From: Psychrobacter sp. DM4
Lineage (GTDB): Bacteria; Pseudomonadota; Gammaproteobacteria; Pseudomonadales; Moraxellaceae
DNA length: 32,000 nucleotides
Assembly (NCBI RefSeq): GCF_051307035.1
Contig: NZ_CP195536.1
Coordinates: 2,806,592 to 2,838,591, forward strand
Direction of reading: 5' to 3'
The position numbers were made by a program, and so were the translations under genes. The notes below the pieces were generated by a model. It was not told where the DNA came from. It made no database searches and saw only the letters and a program-made list of their open reading frames with translations. Positions 18,382 to 26,733 of this stretch are shown here, one piece after another (the stretch's first letter is position 1; each line of letters starts with the position of its first letter).

Positions 18382-19920
18382 TTACTTCGCCGTCTTTTGC
18401 AATAACGCATAATAAAACCCATCGCCGCCATCGCTATCGATGGGCAGGCATTGACGACCAATCTCTTGACTAATACCCCAGTTGCAAGCATCGGTAAATT
18501 CAATTGCCAGCGCATCGTCATGATGTTTGATAAAGTCCTGCATCTGCTCAACGTTTTCTTGCTTTAAAATAGAGCAAGTCACATAGAGCAGATAGCCACC
18601 AATTTTGAGCTGTGGCCATAAATTATGCAAGATATCTGCTTGTAGTAATGCTGTCTGCGCCATATCTTCTTCGTTACGCAAGATGCTGATATCAGGATGA
18701 CGACGGATAACGCCTGTTGCCGTACAAGGAGAATCAAGCAAAATAGCATCGAACATGGCTAGGTTTTCATCTTTAGCTTGCTGCCAGCGAGTGGCATCTG
18801 CACAAACGACATTGAGATCAATGTGTTCGTTTTGATCTTGGTCGAGGTGTAAGCGCTCTAAGTTTTCATGAATACGGGTAATACGCAGCGCTTCGTTATC
18901 GATAGCGGTTAATTTAATGTCAGCATCATTTTGTTTCACATGAAACAAAGACTGCTCATCGTTAGAACTTATTAATTCCAACCAATGAGCAAGCTTACCA
19001 CCAGGGGCTGCGCAAGCATCTAGCAGATGAATAGCAGTAGTCGATGCACCCTCTTCGCGCGCGACAGTTATCTTTTGGACAAGCGCTTGGTTGATGAGTA
19101 CGGCAGCGAGCTGAGCATGCATGTCTTGTACACTGGCAGCGCCATCGCTAAATTGCGGTAAATGACTTACCGCGGTACTTTGCTGCAAGCGCAGAGCTTG
19201 TGATGACATTTGGGTAACGGTAGCCTCAGCTTGATCTGCTAGCGGGTTGTTCAAAACTAAACCACTACGCAGCTCAACTACATCGTTACTGATATCGGCA
19301 TCTATAAGCATTTGATGGTAGTCATTTACCAAATGGATGTTGCTATTAGCGCGCAAAAACATAGGCGCCGCTTGACGCAGTCCTTGAGTAAGCTCATTGT
19401 AATATTCGCTCCAATCTTGCTTGATCTGATACGCAAGCCAGTTAGGTAAGCTATGATTCTTGTCACATTTTTTGCGAAATTTATTGGGGTTTTTAGCGAT
19501 TTTACGTAAGATCGCATTGACCAAACCTGTGGCATGGGCGAACTCTATCTCTTTGATCGCTTCAACGGTTTCGTGAATCGCGGCGTGATCGGCGACTTCT
19601 AAATACAGCAGTTGCACCATACCAACCTGAATCGTCGTACGTACTTCTATCTCTTCGATAGGGTTATCCGCTAGACTATCGAGCAATCGCTCTAGCGCGT
19701 ACCACTGACGCAAAGTCGTCAACAGTAGCGCATGAGCGAAGCCTTTGTCTCCATCATGCAAGCTATTAAGTAGAGGATCGAGCACGCTTGCGAGGGATTG
19801 GCCATTTTGAATCGCGAGCAAAGTGCGAATGACGCGCACGCGCACGCTGCCGATCATTTTTAGGTTGCTCGATGGCTTGGATTTTTTGCTGTTGTGATTA
19901 GACGCGGTTTGGTGTCTCAT
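18382..19920 (-). CDS. rsmB: 16S rRNA (cytosine967-C5)-methyltransferase RsmB (Sun)
   Basis: 512 aa with an N-terminal NusB-like domain. It has the SAM motif LDACAAPGGK and the catalytic DSPCTATGVIRRHPD. It follows fmt, as in most gammaproteobacteria. Confidence 0.9.
   Translation of the reverse strand: MRHQTASNHNSKKSKPSSNLKMIGSVRVRVIRTLLAIQNGQSLASVLDPLLNSLHDGDKGFAHALLLTTLRQWYALERLLDSLADNPIEEIEVRTTIQVGMVQLLYLEVADHAAIHETVEAIKEIEFAHATGLVNAILRKIAKNPNKFRKKCDKNHSLPNWLAYQIKQDWSEYYNELTQGLRQAAPMFLRANSNIHLVNDYHQMLIDADISNDVVELRSGLVLNNPLADQAEATVTQMSSQALRLQQSTAVSHLPQFSDGAASVQDMHAQLAAVLINQALVQKITVAREEGASTTAIHLLDACAAPGGKLAHWLELISSNDEQSLFHVKQNDADIKLTAIDNEALRITRIHENLERLHLDQDQNEHIDLNVVCADATRWQQAKDENLAMFDAILLDSPCTATGVIRRHPDISILRNEEDMAQTALLQADILHNLWPQLKIGGYLLYVTCSILKQENVEQMQDFIKHHDDALAIEFTDACNWGISQEIGRQCLPIDSDGGDGFYYALLQKTAK
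18932..18947. other. parS-like site (TGTTTCACATGAAACA) inside rsmB
   Basis: One mismatch (central G to A) to TGTTTCACGTGAAACA. It sits within the near-palindrome TTTGTTTCACATGAAACAAA. Confidence 0.7.
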
Positions 19921-19991
19921 GATACTTAGATGTCCTATATACGAAATATGATTTGCGCCTGTTTATTTTTGCTTCGATGTTTAAAAAAACA

Positions 19992-21050
19992 TTAGTCAGA
20001 GTCACTAGCGAATTTATCGCCATCATCAAGTTGGTTGCCGTGACAGATTTGTTCAGCGCTGACAGGTTTGCTGCCTGCAAATTGTAATTGGGTAATTCGT
20101 AGGGTGCTAGCTTGGGTTGAGCTTTTATCAGCTTTTTGACCCTCATCAAACCCACATGCGACCAAAATAGCTTTGCGTCCGACACTGATGATCGTGCCCG
20201 CAGGCTTGTCTGTTGGTTGCGCATCATTCACAGGCAGACTCTCTAATATCTTGACCCGCGCACCATTCAAAAAAGTATAAGCACCAGGCCAAGGGGTCAG
20301 ACCGCGTATCTGACGCTCAATAGTTGCAGCATGCTGCGTCCAGTCGATCTGCCCTTCTGTCTTGACGAGCTTCTCAGCATAATTGGCTTGACTATCATCT
20401 TGCACGATTGCTTGTGCTTGGTAATGTGACAGGTCTTTTAATACCGTACTAATAGCGTCAGCGCCCAAACGTGCCAGCTTATCATGCAAACTTGACGCAC
20501 TATCCTCTGATTCAATAGTGCAGCTGACTTTATAAATCATATCGCCAGTATCTAGCCCCTTATCCATCTGCATAATAGTAATACCCGTCTTGTCATCACC
20601 TGCCAATAGTGCACGATGAATAGGAGCGGCCCCGCGCCAACGGGGTAGCAAAGAGGCGTGAATATTTAGGCAGCCATAAGTCGGCGTGGTCAAAACACCA
20701 ATCGGTAAAATAAGTCCGTAAGCTGCAACGATCATTATGTCAGGCTGATAAGTGCACAGCGTTTGTCTGGCGGCCATACCTTCAACCGACGATTTTTTGA
20801 AAGTAGCGGGCTGCTCAACTGGAATGCCATGTGACAACGCTACTTGTTTGACTGCTGACATTGCCAGCTTTTGACCTCGGCCTGCTTTGCGATCAGGCTG
20901 GGTGTAGACAGCAACGATGTCTACTCCTAGCGATTCTTGCTCGGTGATTAGCGCCTCAAGACTGGTTGCCGCAAACTCAGGTGTCCCTGCAAACACAACT
21001 CGGAGTGGACGATTTAAGACTGCTTGTTGAGTGCTAGTAGATAAGGACAT
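19992..21050 (-). CDS. fmt: Methionyl-tRNA formyltransferase
   Basis: Contains LRVVFAGTPEFAA and NIHASLLPRWRGAAPI. The start is uncertain: ATG 21050 gives 352 aa with a normal-length N-terminus, while ATG 21110 (the track start) adds 20 aa. Neither has a strong RBS. Confidence 0.9.
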   Translation of the reverse strand: MSLSTSTQQAVLNRPLRVVFAGTPEFAATSLEALITEQESLGVDIVAVYTQPDRKAGRGQKLAMSAVKQVALSHGIPVEQPATFKKSSVEGMAARQTLCTYQPDIMIVAAYGLILPIGVLTTPTYGCLNIHASLLPRWRGAAPIHRALLAGDDKTGITIMQMDKGLDTGDMIYKVSCTIESEDSASSLHDKLARLGADAISTVLKDLSHYQAQAIVQDDSQANYAEKLVKTEGQIDWTQHAATIERQIRGLTPWPGAYTFLNGARVKILESLPVNDAQPTDKPAGTIISVGRKAILVACGFDEGQKADKSSTQASTLRITQLQFAGSKPVSAEQICHGNQLDDGDKFASDSD

Positions 21051-21283
21051 ATTAGGGCTTGGTAAAGGAGTGATTGAGCTATTATAAGTGAGTTTTCTAT
21101 ATTGCGCCATGTCTGTACTAGCGCCTTATCTAGGCTAGGGCAAAGCATCCATTCGTTTTTTTTACTAAAATAGCGAGGTCAAACCGATGACAAGGGTTTA
21201 GTATGGTTGTTATACTCAAATGTGTTATCAGTTTTGTTAGTCGCCTCTTATAGGATTTGGTACTGACATAGGATCCTGCTTTT

Positions 21284-24067
21284 ATGCAACAGTTCCAATC
21301 CTTACAACGCTTGCTGCTATTTTATACAGTAACGCTGACAGTAATGTTGGCGTTGTACTATGCCATGATCTTTAGTGAGCTCAGAACTTTTAGCAAGCAG
21401 CATAGCATTGATACTTTTGACGCTCTACAGTACGATTTTGTTAATCATGATGACAACGTTACTGACCTTGATGTCAAAAAATTACTAGATAAACCTTATT
21501 TTCAAGATTTGAGCTATCAGCTCATATTTATGCTGCCCTCGAGCCAGACTTTTATTCATAGATACACTCGTCCCAATGATAGTACGATATCGACCGTTGT
21601 CTTTCCTACGATCTCAACTCCTACCAAGAGCAGTAGTAATAGCGCCTACCTACTGACAGCCGTTGATCTAAAAGGCACCATCAAGCTCCAAAACGGTCAT
21701 CAGCTCTACGTTATGATCAAGCATCGCCCTGTCGAGATGGACTGGATATCTTATCAATTCTGGCTCCCTTTGATGACAGCGCTCTTTTTATTGACGCTCG
21801 CTTTACTCTATATGCTCAGACGCAATGCCAATTGGAGAGAGCTACTAAGTTATGCTGATAATTTGGGTAATAGTGCAAAAGAGTCCTATAGTCCGCAGCC
21901 CTTTTTAGAGAGTAACACTACCACTGAATTTATGCGTTTAGGGCATGCACTTAGCCGTATTAGCTATCAGCTGCACAACAACTATCGCAGTATAAGAACG
22001 CTCAATCATCGTCTTGAGCGCTTGGTTGAACAAGCACCGCTACCGATGCTCATGCTCATGCGCCACGGTCAGATCAGTTTTTCTAATAAACGTTTTGAGC
22101 AAGTATTTGGTATCTCATCTGATCCTAATCATAGCTACCAGTTAACTGAGTTTGTCTCAGGACTTGATGATGCCACTCAGCTATGGCTCAAAAACCTATC
22201 GACGCAGCGTGTTATGCGTACTTTAACAGTAAAGAGTTTAAAGGATGAGCAAGCCTACCAGCTTCATATCACTCCTTGGTTTGGTGATCACGGACAAATT
22301 CATGGGTTTACCATACTTTTAAACTCTATCAACGACTTTGTCAAACAAACGGAGCGATTACAACGTCATAATCAAAGTTTGCAAAGGCAACTCAACGAGG
22401 CAAATAGAACCAAAGCTATTATTCATCACGAGCTTACTACACCTTTGGATAAAATAACCAGTATGATCCAATCGATAGAACCTAATACCTCATTAAGTAA
22501 AGATCTCGATATATTGGATGACATCATCCGATTAAGTAGTACCATGTCAAATAAACTTAACGAGGTGCTAAGTAGTACAAAAACAGAAAGCCCAAAATCA
22601 ATGGTTACCAATAAACCTGTAGATATCTTTGTCCTTGGCAAGCAAGTGATTGCTGATATTACGGATAGAGTACATCAACAAAATCTTGAGCTTTTGTACT
22701 TTTTTGCCCCAAACTGTCCACGTTATATTAGTACTGATGGCGCTAAACTAAAACAGATACTGCTCACTCTATTAAAGGACGCTATTGGCGCTACTGACTT
22801 GGGATGTGTCTCATTGACCATTGATGCCATCTCTAACATGAGCGCTATACCAGACGAACAACCACAAGCTTCTATAATCAATGCGCTTGATAATAACTCC
22901 TGCTATTGGGTGCGCTTCACTGTGCAAGACACGGCAACTAAAAAGCTTCACAAAAAGCATATCCATCCTTACTACTATCTAGAAGAGGCGCAAAAATCAA
23001 CTCAGCAAAACTACTATAGCAGCAAGCTAAGAATGGCCGCTATCGATACCTCAGCTCAGTTATTGGGAGGTTATTTTGATTTTGGAGATCGCTTAAATAA
23101 AGAATTAAAGGATGCCTCAAATGAAATTTTTGACAAAACCACTTCTAATGAGGTCAACAGTACTATTCTCTACTTACCGTGTCGCCAGCCCGACTATACG
23201 CCGGTATATTTTGTTAACGATAGCTTATCTGACGTACACCTTATCGCTATAGTTAGTCATCAAATGTACGCCCAGCATTTACAGCATCTATGCCAGTATC
23301 TGTCCACGAAATGTAGCGTTTATACAAGTATTGATCAGATAGAGGATATAAAAAGTCTGGTGCAAAAAGAGCAAAGCCTTGTGCCTATCATTCTATTAGA
23401 CTTTGAGCTTTATGAGACTACTTATAACCAAGCGTTGGATGATAGCAAAAAATCTAACAATCAAGCCGATATCATAAGGTTTTTAGATGAGTTGCTCACT
23501 GAAAAATCACTCTCAACCTTACTGTTGAGTCGCAAATGTGCACGTCGCATACCTGCGACTATCCTTGATCGTTTTGATGGTTTTTTAGACAAACCTTTAG
23601 ATGTGAGCTTATTATTATCTGAGCTCAAACGCATTGCCCTGTTAATAAAAAAACCTCAAGAAACAGTTATACCCGCTCTCACTAAAACGACAGAACCAGA
23701 GTTATTATCACCATTAGTACTAGTCGTTGAGGACAGTCCAACCAATCAAAAGATTACTTGTAAATTACTCAAAAAACTAGGGTATCGTAGCGTCGTGGCA
23801 GATGATGGACAAAAAGGGCTGGCGCAATTTGAGGCTCAAAATGAGCATATTGACCTGATTTTGATGGACTGTCGTATGCCTATTATGGATGGGTTCAAAG
23901 CCACTCAAGCCATTCGCGCACAAGATAGCAATATTCCAATTGTTGCTCTCACAGCCAACAACACAGAGGCTGATAGAGAGGCTTGCTTTCGAGCAGGAAT
24001 GAATGACTTCTTATCTAAGCCTATCAATAAAGATAATCTACACGCGGTTCTACAAAAGTTTATTTAA
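21284..24067 (+). CDS. Hybrid sensor histidine-kinase-like protein: 2 TM/periplasmic sensor, PAS-like, HisKA, degenerate HATPase, receiver-like and canonical receiver domains
   Basis: 927 aa with TM helices at about aa 10-31 and 158-178. The H-box is IIHHELTTPL (His382 = nt 22427-22429). The N-box-like LKQILLTLLKDAIGAT has Asp499 where the Mg-ATP Asn is expected. The G1 position reads VQDTATKK, not DxGxG, and no GxGLG G2 box is present. The C-terminal REC domain is intact (VVEDSP..., LILMD with Asp862 = nt 23867-23869, Thr890, Lys912-Pro). Confidence 0.8.
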   Translation: MQQFQSLQRLLLFYTVTLTVMLALYYAMIFSELRTFSKQHSIDTFDALQYDFVNHDDNVTDLDVKKLLDKPYFQDLSYQLIFMLPSSQTFIHRYTRPNDSTISTVVFPTISTPTKSSSNSAYLLTAVDLKGTIKLQNGHQLYVMIKHRPVEMDWISYQFWLPLMTALFLLTLALLYMLRRNANWRELLSYADNLGNSAKESYSPQPFLESNTTTEFMRLGHALSRISYQLHNNYRSIRTLNHRLERLVEQAPLPMLMLMRHGQISFSNKRFEQVFGISSDPNHSYQLTEFVSGLDDATQLWLKNLSTQRVMRTLTVKSLKDEQAYQLHITPWFGDHGQIHGFTILLNSINDFVKQTERLQRHNQSLQRQLNEANRTKAIIHHELTTPLDKITSMIQSIEPNTSLSKDLDILDDIIRLSSTMSNKLNEVLSSTKTESPKSMVTNKPVDIFVLGKQVIADITDRVHQQNLELLYFFAPNCPRYISTDGAKLKQILLTLLKDAIGATDLGCVSLTIDAISNMSAIPDEQPQASIINALDNNSCYWVRFTVQDTATKKLHKKHIHPYYYLEEAQKSTQQNYYSSKLRMAAIDTSAQLLGGYFDFGDRLNKELKDASNEIFDKTTSNEVNSTILYLPCRQPDYTPVYFVNDSLSDVHLIAIVSHQMYAQHLQHLCQYLSTKCSVYTSIDQIEDIKSLVQKEQSLVPIILLDFELYETTYNQALDDSKKSNNQADIIRFLDELLTEKSLSTLLLSRKCARRIPATILDRFDGFLDKPLDVSLLLSELKRIALLIKKPQETVIPALTKTTEPELLSPLVLVVEDSPTNQKITCKLLKKLGYRSVVADDGQKGLAQFEAQNEHIDLILMDCRMPIMDGFKATQAIRAQDSNIPIVALTANNTEADREACFRAGMNDFLSKPINKDNLHAVLQKFI

Positions 24068-24075
24068 CCTGATGA

Positions 24076-24732
24076 TTACTTCATGAAACCATTATCAGCT
24101 AAGAACGCTTCTGTGATTTTGTTTTTTGGACTAGCAGGTGTTTTGTTCAATAAGCGCTCAAGATAACGCGCGACAATATCAACCTCAACATTGACTTTAT
24201 CTCCTACTAGCCAGTGCTTGGCAATATTAGTCACTTGTGCGGTATGCGGAATGATATTTAGCGAGACGATATTATCTTTGACTAGGTTGGTCGTTAGACT
24301 TATACCATCTAGAGTAATGGAGCCCTTGGTTGCCGTGTAATGAGCCAAATCTTCTGGAATAGCGATCTCGATGTAGATAGAACGCGCGTCTTGCTGTAAT
24401 TTTACGACTGTACCTACACCATCGACATGGCCTGAGACAATATGACCGCCAAATCGAGTCGTTGGTAACATCGCTTTTTCTAAGTTAACAATATCGCCAG
24501 TTTTTAGTCCTTCAAGAGCCGTATGAGTCATAGTTTCACGTGAAACATCAACCGAATAGTAGTTGCTACCTCTGTCTACTACCGTGAGACAAATACCGTT
24601 GGATGCTATAGAGTCTCCGAGCTTAACATCGCTAAAGTCCAGATCATCAGACTCTACCGTCAAGCGTATATCTCCACCTACCGATTCCATAGATTTTATT
24701 TTACCTATACTTTCTATAATTCCTGTAAACAT
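24076..24732 (-). CDS. ribE: Riboflavin synthase (alpha chain)
   Basis: 218 aa. It begins MFTGIIESIGKI and has two lumazine-binding repeats (GDSIASNGICLTV and KGSITLDGISLTT). Confidence 0.93.
   Translation of the reverse strand: MFTGIIESIGKIKSMESVGGDIRLTVESDDLDFSDVKLGDSIASNGICLTVVDRGSNYYSVDVSRETMTHTALEGLKTGDIVNLEKAMLPTTRFGGHIVSGHVDGVGTVVKLQQDARSIYIEIAIPEDLAHYTATKGSITLDGISLTTNLVKDNIVSLNIIPHTAQVTNIAKHWLVGDKVNVEVDIVARYLERLLNKTPASPKNKITEAFLADNGFMK
24532..24547. other. parS-like site (AGTTTCACGTGAAACA) inside ribE
   Basis: Canonical CACGTG centre, with one mismatch at the outermost base. Confidence 0.75.
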
Positions 24733-24974
24733 ATGAACCTCGTGTGTACCTGCTCAATATAGAGCAGCTATTAAATTAACATGTATTTTGATGAGTTAGA
24801 TATCTAATGCAGATAAATATAAAGTCTAAAGTTGAGTACTAGATTACGTATACATTTATTAGAGTTATCCACAATACGACTCTATCTTAGAAGATATATA
24901 AATAAACAGTAATTAAACATAAGTTATTGATTAATATCAACTTATTATGGAATGATTAAGATGATAACTTATTT

Positions 24975-24990
24975 AGTTTCATATGAAACA
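24975..24990. other. parS-like site (AGTTTCATATGAAACA), ribD-ribE spacer
   Basis: The arms are exact but the centre is CATATG. 3 mismatches to the 16-mer consensus. Confidence 0.5.
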
Positions 24991-25001
24991 AAGTTATACA
25001 C

Positions 25002-25017
25002 AGTTTCATGTGAAACT
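25002..25017. other. parS-like site (AGTTTCATGTGAAACT), ribD-ribE spacer
   Basis: The 14-mer arms are exact and the centre is CATGTG. It abuts the TTATACACA DnaA-like box. Confidence 0.5.
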
Positions 25018-25092
25018 AAACGCTGTGAAAATACAGTTATTAACCGATATTCAAACACCTTTGCTGTGGATAACTTGTTGATAATCTTTTAG

Positions 25093-26148
25093 TTAAGTAG
25101 GTCGTAAAGTTAGCTTTAAGTCAGAGCCAATTTTCTCAAAATTATGATACTCAAAACGTAACTGCTGTGCCAAGGATATGGGATTACTATCAATCATAGG
25201 ACGTGATTTTGTTCCCAAGATACAGGGTGCTTGATAAACAATGAGCTCATCTACTAGTTGCTGTTCTAAAAAGCTCGCTGCTACATTAGCGCCAGCCTCT
25301 ACCAGCACATCATAGCAGTGGTGCTCACTTACCAAATATTTCAACAACTCTATTAAGTTATCACGACGCCAGTAAACCGTATCGACACACTGACACAGCT
25401 TATAATCAGATCGCAAGTCATGTGTTAAGCGCTCGCGTCTGTCCAGTATAACGATAACAGGCGCGGGCACTTGCTCTGATGGTACGCCTAACTGATTGGA
25501 GCGTACGTTGAGCTGTGGATTATCTTTAATCACCGTCTCGCTACCTGTGATAATCGCACCGCTTAAGGCTCGCAGTTTTTGAACATCTGCGCGAGCAGCT
25601 GATCCTGTAATCCACTTCGACTCCCCGGTTGCCATTGCCGTACGACCATCAAGGCTAGTAGCAATTTTGAGACGTACAAAAGGCATTTGCGTGCGCATAG
25701 CCTTTAAGAACCCAAGATTTAGTGCTTCTGCTTGCTCAGTGAATACCCCAACTTTTACTTCGATATCTGCTTGCTCAAGTAGACTTACGCCGCGTCCAGC
25801 GACCTGCGGATTGGGATCAAGGCCAGCTATGACCACGCGCTTAATGCCAGCCTTTATTAACGCTAGCGCGCAAGGGGGCGTACGCCCAGTATGACTACAG
25901 GGCTCCAAGGTCACGTAAGCCGTAGCACCAGCAGCTTGCTCCTTGGCATCGTTGAGCGCGAACACTTCTGCATGCGGCCTACCTGCTTTGGGATGATACC
26001 CTTGACCGACTATTTGTCCTGCTTGCACGATGACGCACCCTACGGCTGGATTGGGCCTAACCGTGTACAAACCAAGTTTTGCCTGCTCGATAGCAAGCAT
26101 CATAAAGTAGCGGTCTTGGGCGTCTTGCGTATGATCTAAGGATGGCAT
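25093..26148 (-). CDS. ribD: Bifunctional riboflavin biosynthesis protein RibD (deaminase/reductase)
   Basis: The deaminase zinc motifs are HAEVFAL and PCSHTGRTPPC, followed by a C-terminal reductase domain. The start is taken at ATG 26148 (MPSLDHTQD...). The track start at 26220 is a TTG that adds a hydrophobic 24-aa leader, which is unlikely to be real. Confidence 0.9.
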   Translation of the reverse strand: MPSLDHTQDAQDRYFMMLAIEQAKLGLYTVRPNPAVGCVIVQAGQIVGQGYHPKAGRPHAEVFALNDAKEQAAGATAYVTLEPCSHTGRTPPCALALIKAGIKRVVIAGLDPNPQVAGRGVSLLEQADIEVKVGVFTEQAEALNLGFLKAMRTQMPFVRLKIATSLDGRTAMATGESKWITGSAARADVQKLRALSGAIITGSETVIKDNPQLNVRSNQLGVPSEQVPAPVIVILDRRERLTHDLRSDYKLCQCVDTVYWRRDNLIELLKYLVSEHHCYDVLVEAGANVAASFLEQQLVDELIVYQAPCILGTKSRPMIDSNPISLAQQLRFEYHNFEKIGSDLKLTLRPT

Positions 26149-26232
26149 AAGTAACAGCTTAATAGAGAATGCAAAGTTTAAATACAAAAATAATAAAAGG
26201 GAGAGATTGATACATTCCAAGTGGCTTATATG

Positions 26233-26700
26233 TTACTTACCAGATTTATCATTGGGCCGGATGTTAGCAATTTCCTGATGAAAAGCATCAATATCTTGAA
26301 AGTCACGATAGACACTAGCAAAGCGAACATAAGCGACATCATCTAAAACTTTGAGTTCGCTCATGATGATCTCACCTAAAACCTTACTGTTGATCTCGCG
26401 CTCACCCATTTGCCTAATACGTTTTTCGATACGGCTAATCATTGCCTCTTGCTCATCAAGAGTAATAGGACGCTTTTGTAGCGGCAATAAAATTGAGCGA
26501 CGCAGTTTTTCATTATCGTAAGGCACAATCTTACCGCTTGATTTGATAATACGCGGCATGACAACCTCTACCATTTCAAAGGTGGTAAAGCGCTCTTGAC
26601 AGCTATTGCAAGAACGGCGGCGACGTACTTGCGCGCCTTCTGCGGCCAAACGTGAGTCAATGACCTTCGTCTCTGAAGCGTTACAATAAGGACAATGCAT
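26233..26700 (-). CDS. nrdR: Transcriptional repressor NrdR
   Basis: 155 aa. It has the zinc ribbon [17 protein letters not shown]...[12 protein letters not shown] followed by an ATP-cone domain. The nrdR-ribD linkage is conserved. Confidence 0.93.
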   Translation of the reverse strand: MHCPYCNASETKVIDSRLAAEGAQVRRRRSCNSCQERFTTFEMVEVVMPRIIKSSGKIVPYDNEKLRRSILLPLQKRPITLDEQEAMISRIEKRIRQMGEREINSKVLGEIIMSELKVLDDVAYVRFASVYRDFQDIDAFHQEIANIRPNDKSGK

Positions 26701-26733
26701 ACTGCATCCTTTTTTTAGTGTTGCAATGTGTAC

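Larger units (their letters stand above)
24865..25073. other. DnaA-box cluster in the AT-rich ribD-ribE spacer
   Basis: TTATCCACA at 24865-24873 (+), TTATACACA at 24994-25002 (+, one mismatch) and TGTGGATAA at 25065-25073 (a perfect box on the minus strand). The 360-bp spacer is strongly AT-rich. Confidence 0.6.

Noticed and set aside
18300-18551. 83-aa minus-strand ORF bridging the thrC start and the rsmB end. Related cases are 19898-20227, 10800-11045, 11549-11788, 27236-27478 and the similar small ORFs nested inside larger genes.
   Set aside because: They overlap well-supported conserved genes in other frames or on the opposite strand, and they have no independent signals.
24733-25092. 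Whether an FMN (RFN) riboswitch lies upstream of ribE.
   Set aside because: None of the conserved GC-rich RFN core segments is present on the minus strand, and the spacer is uniformly AT-rich.
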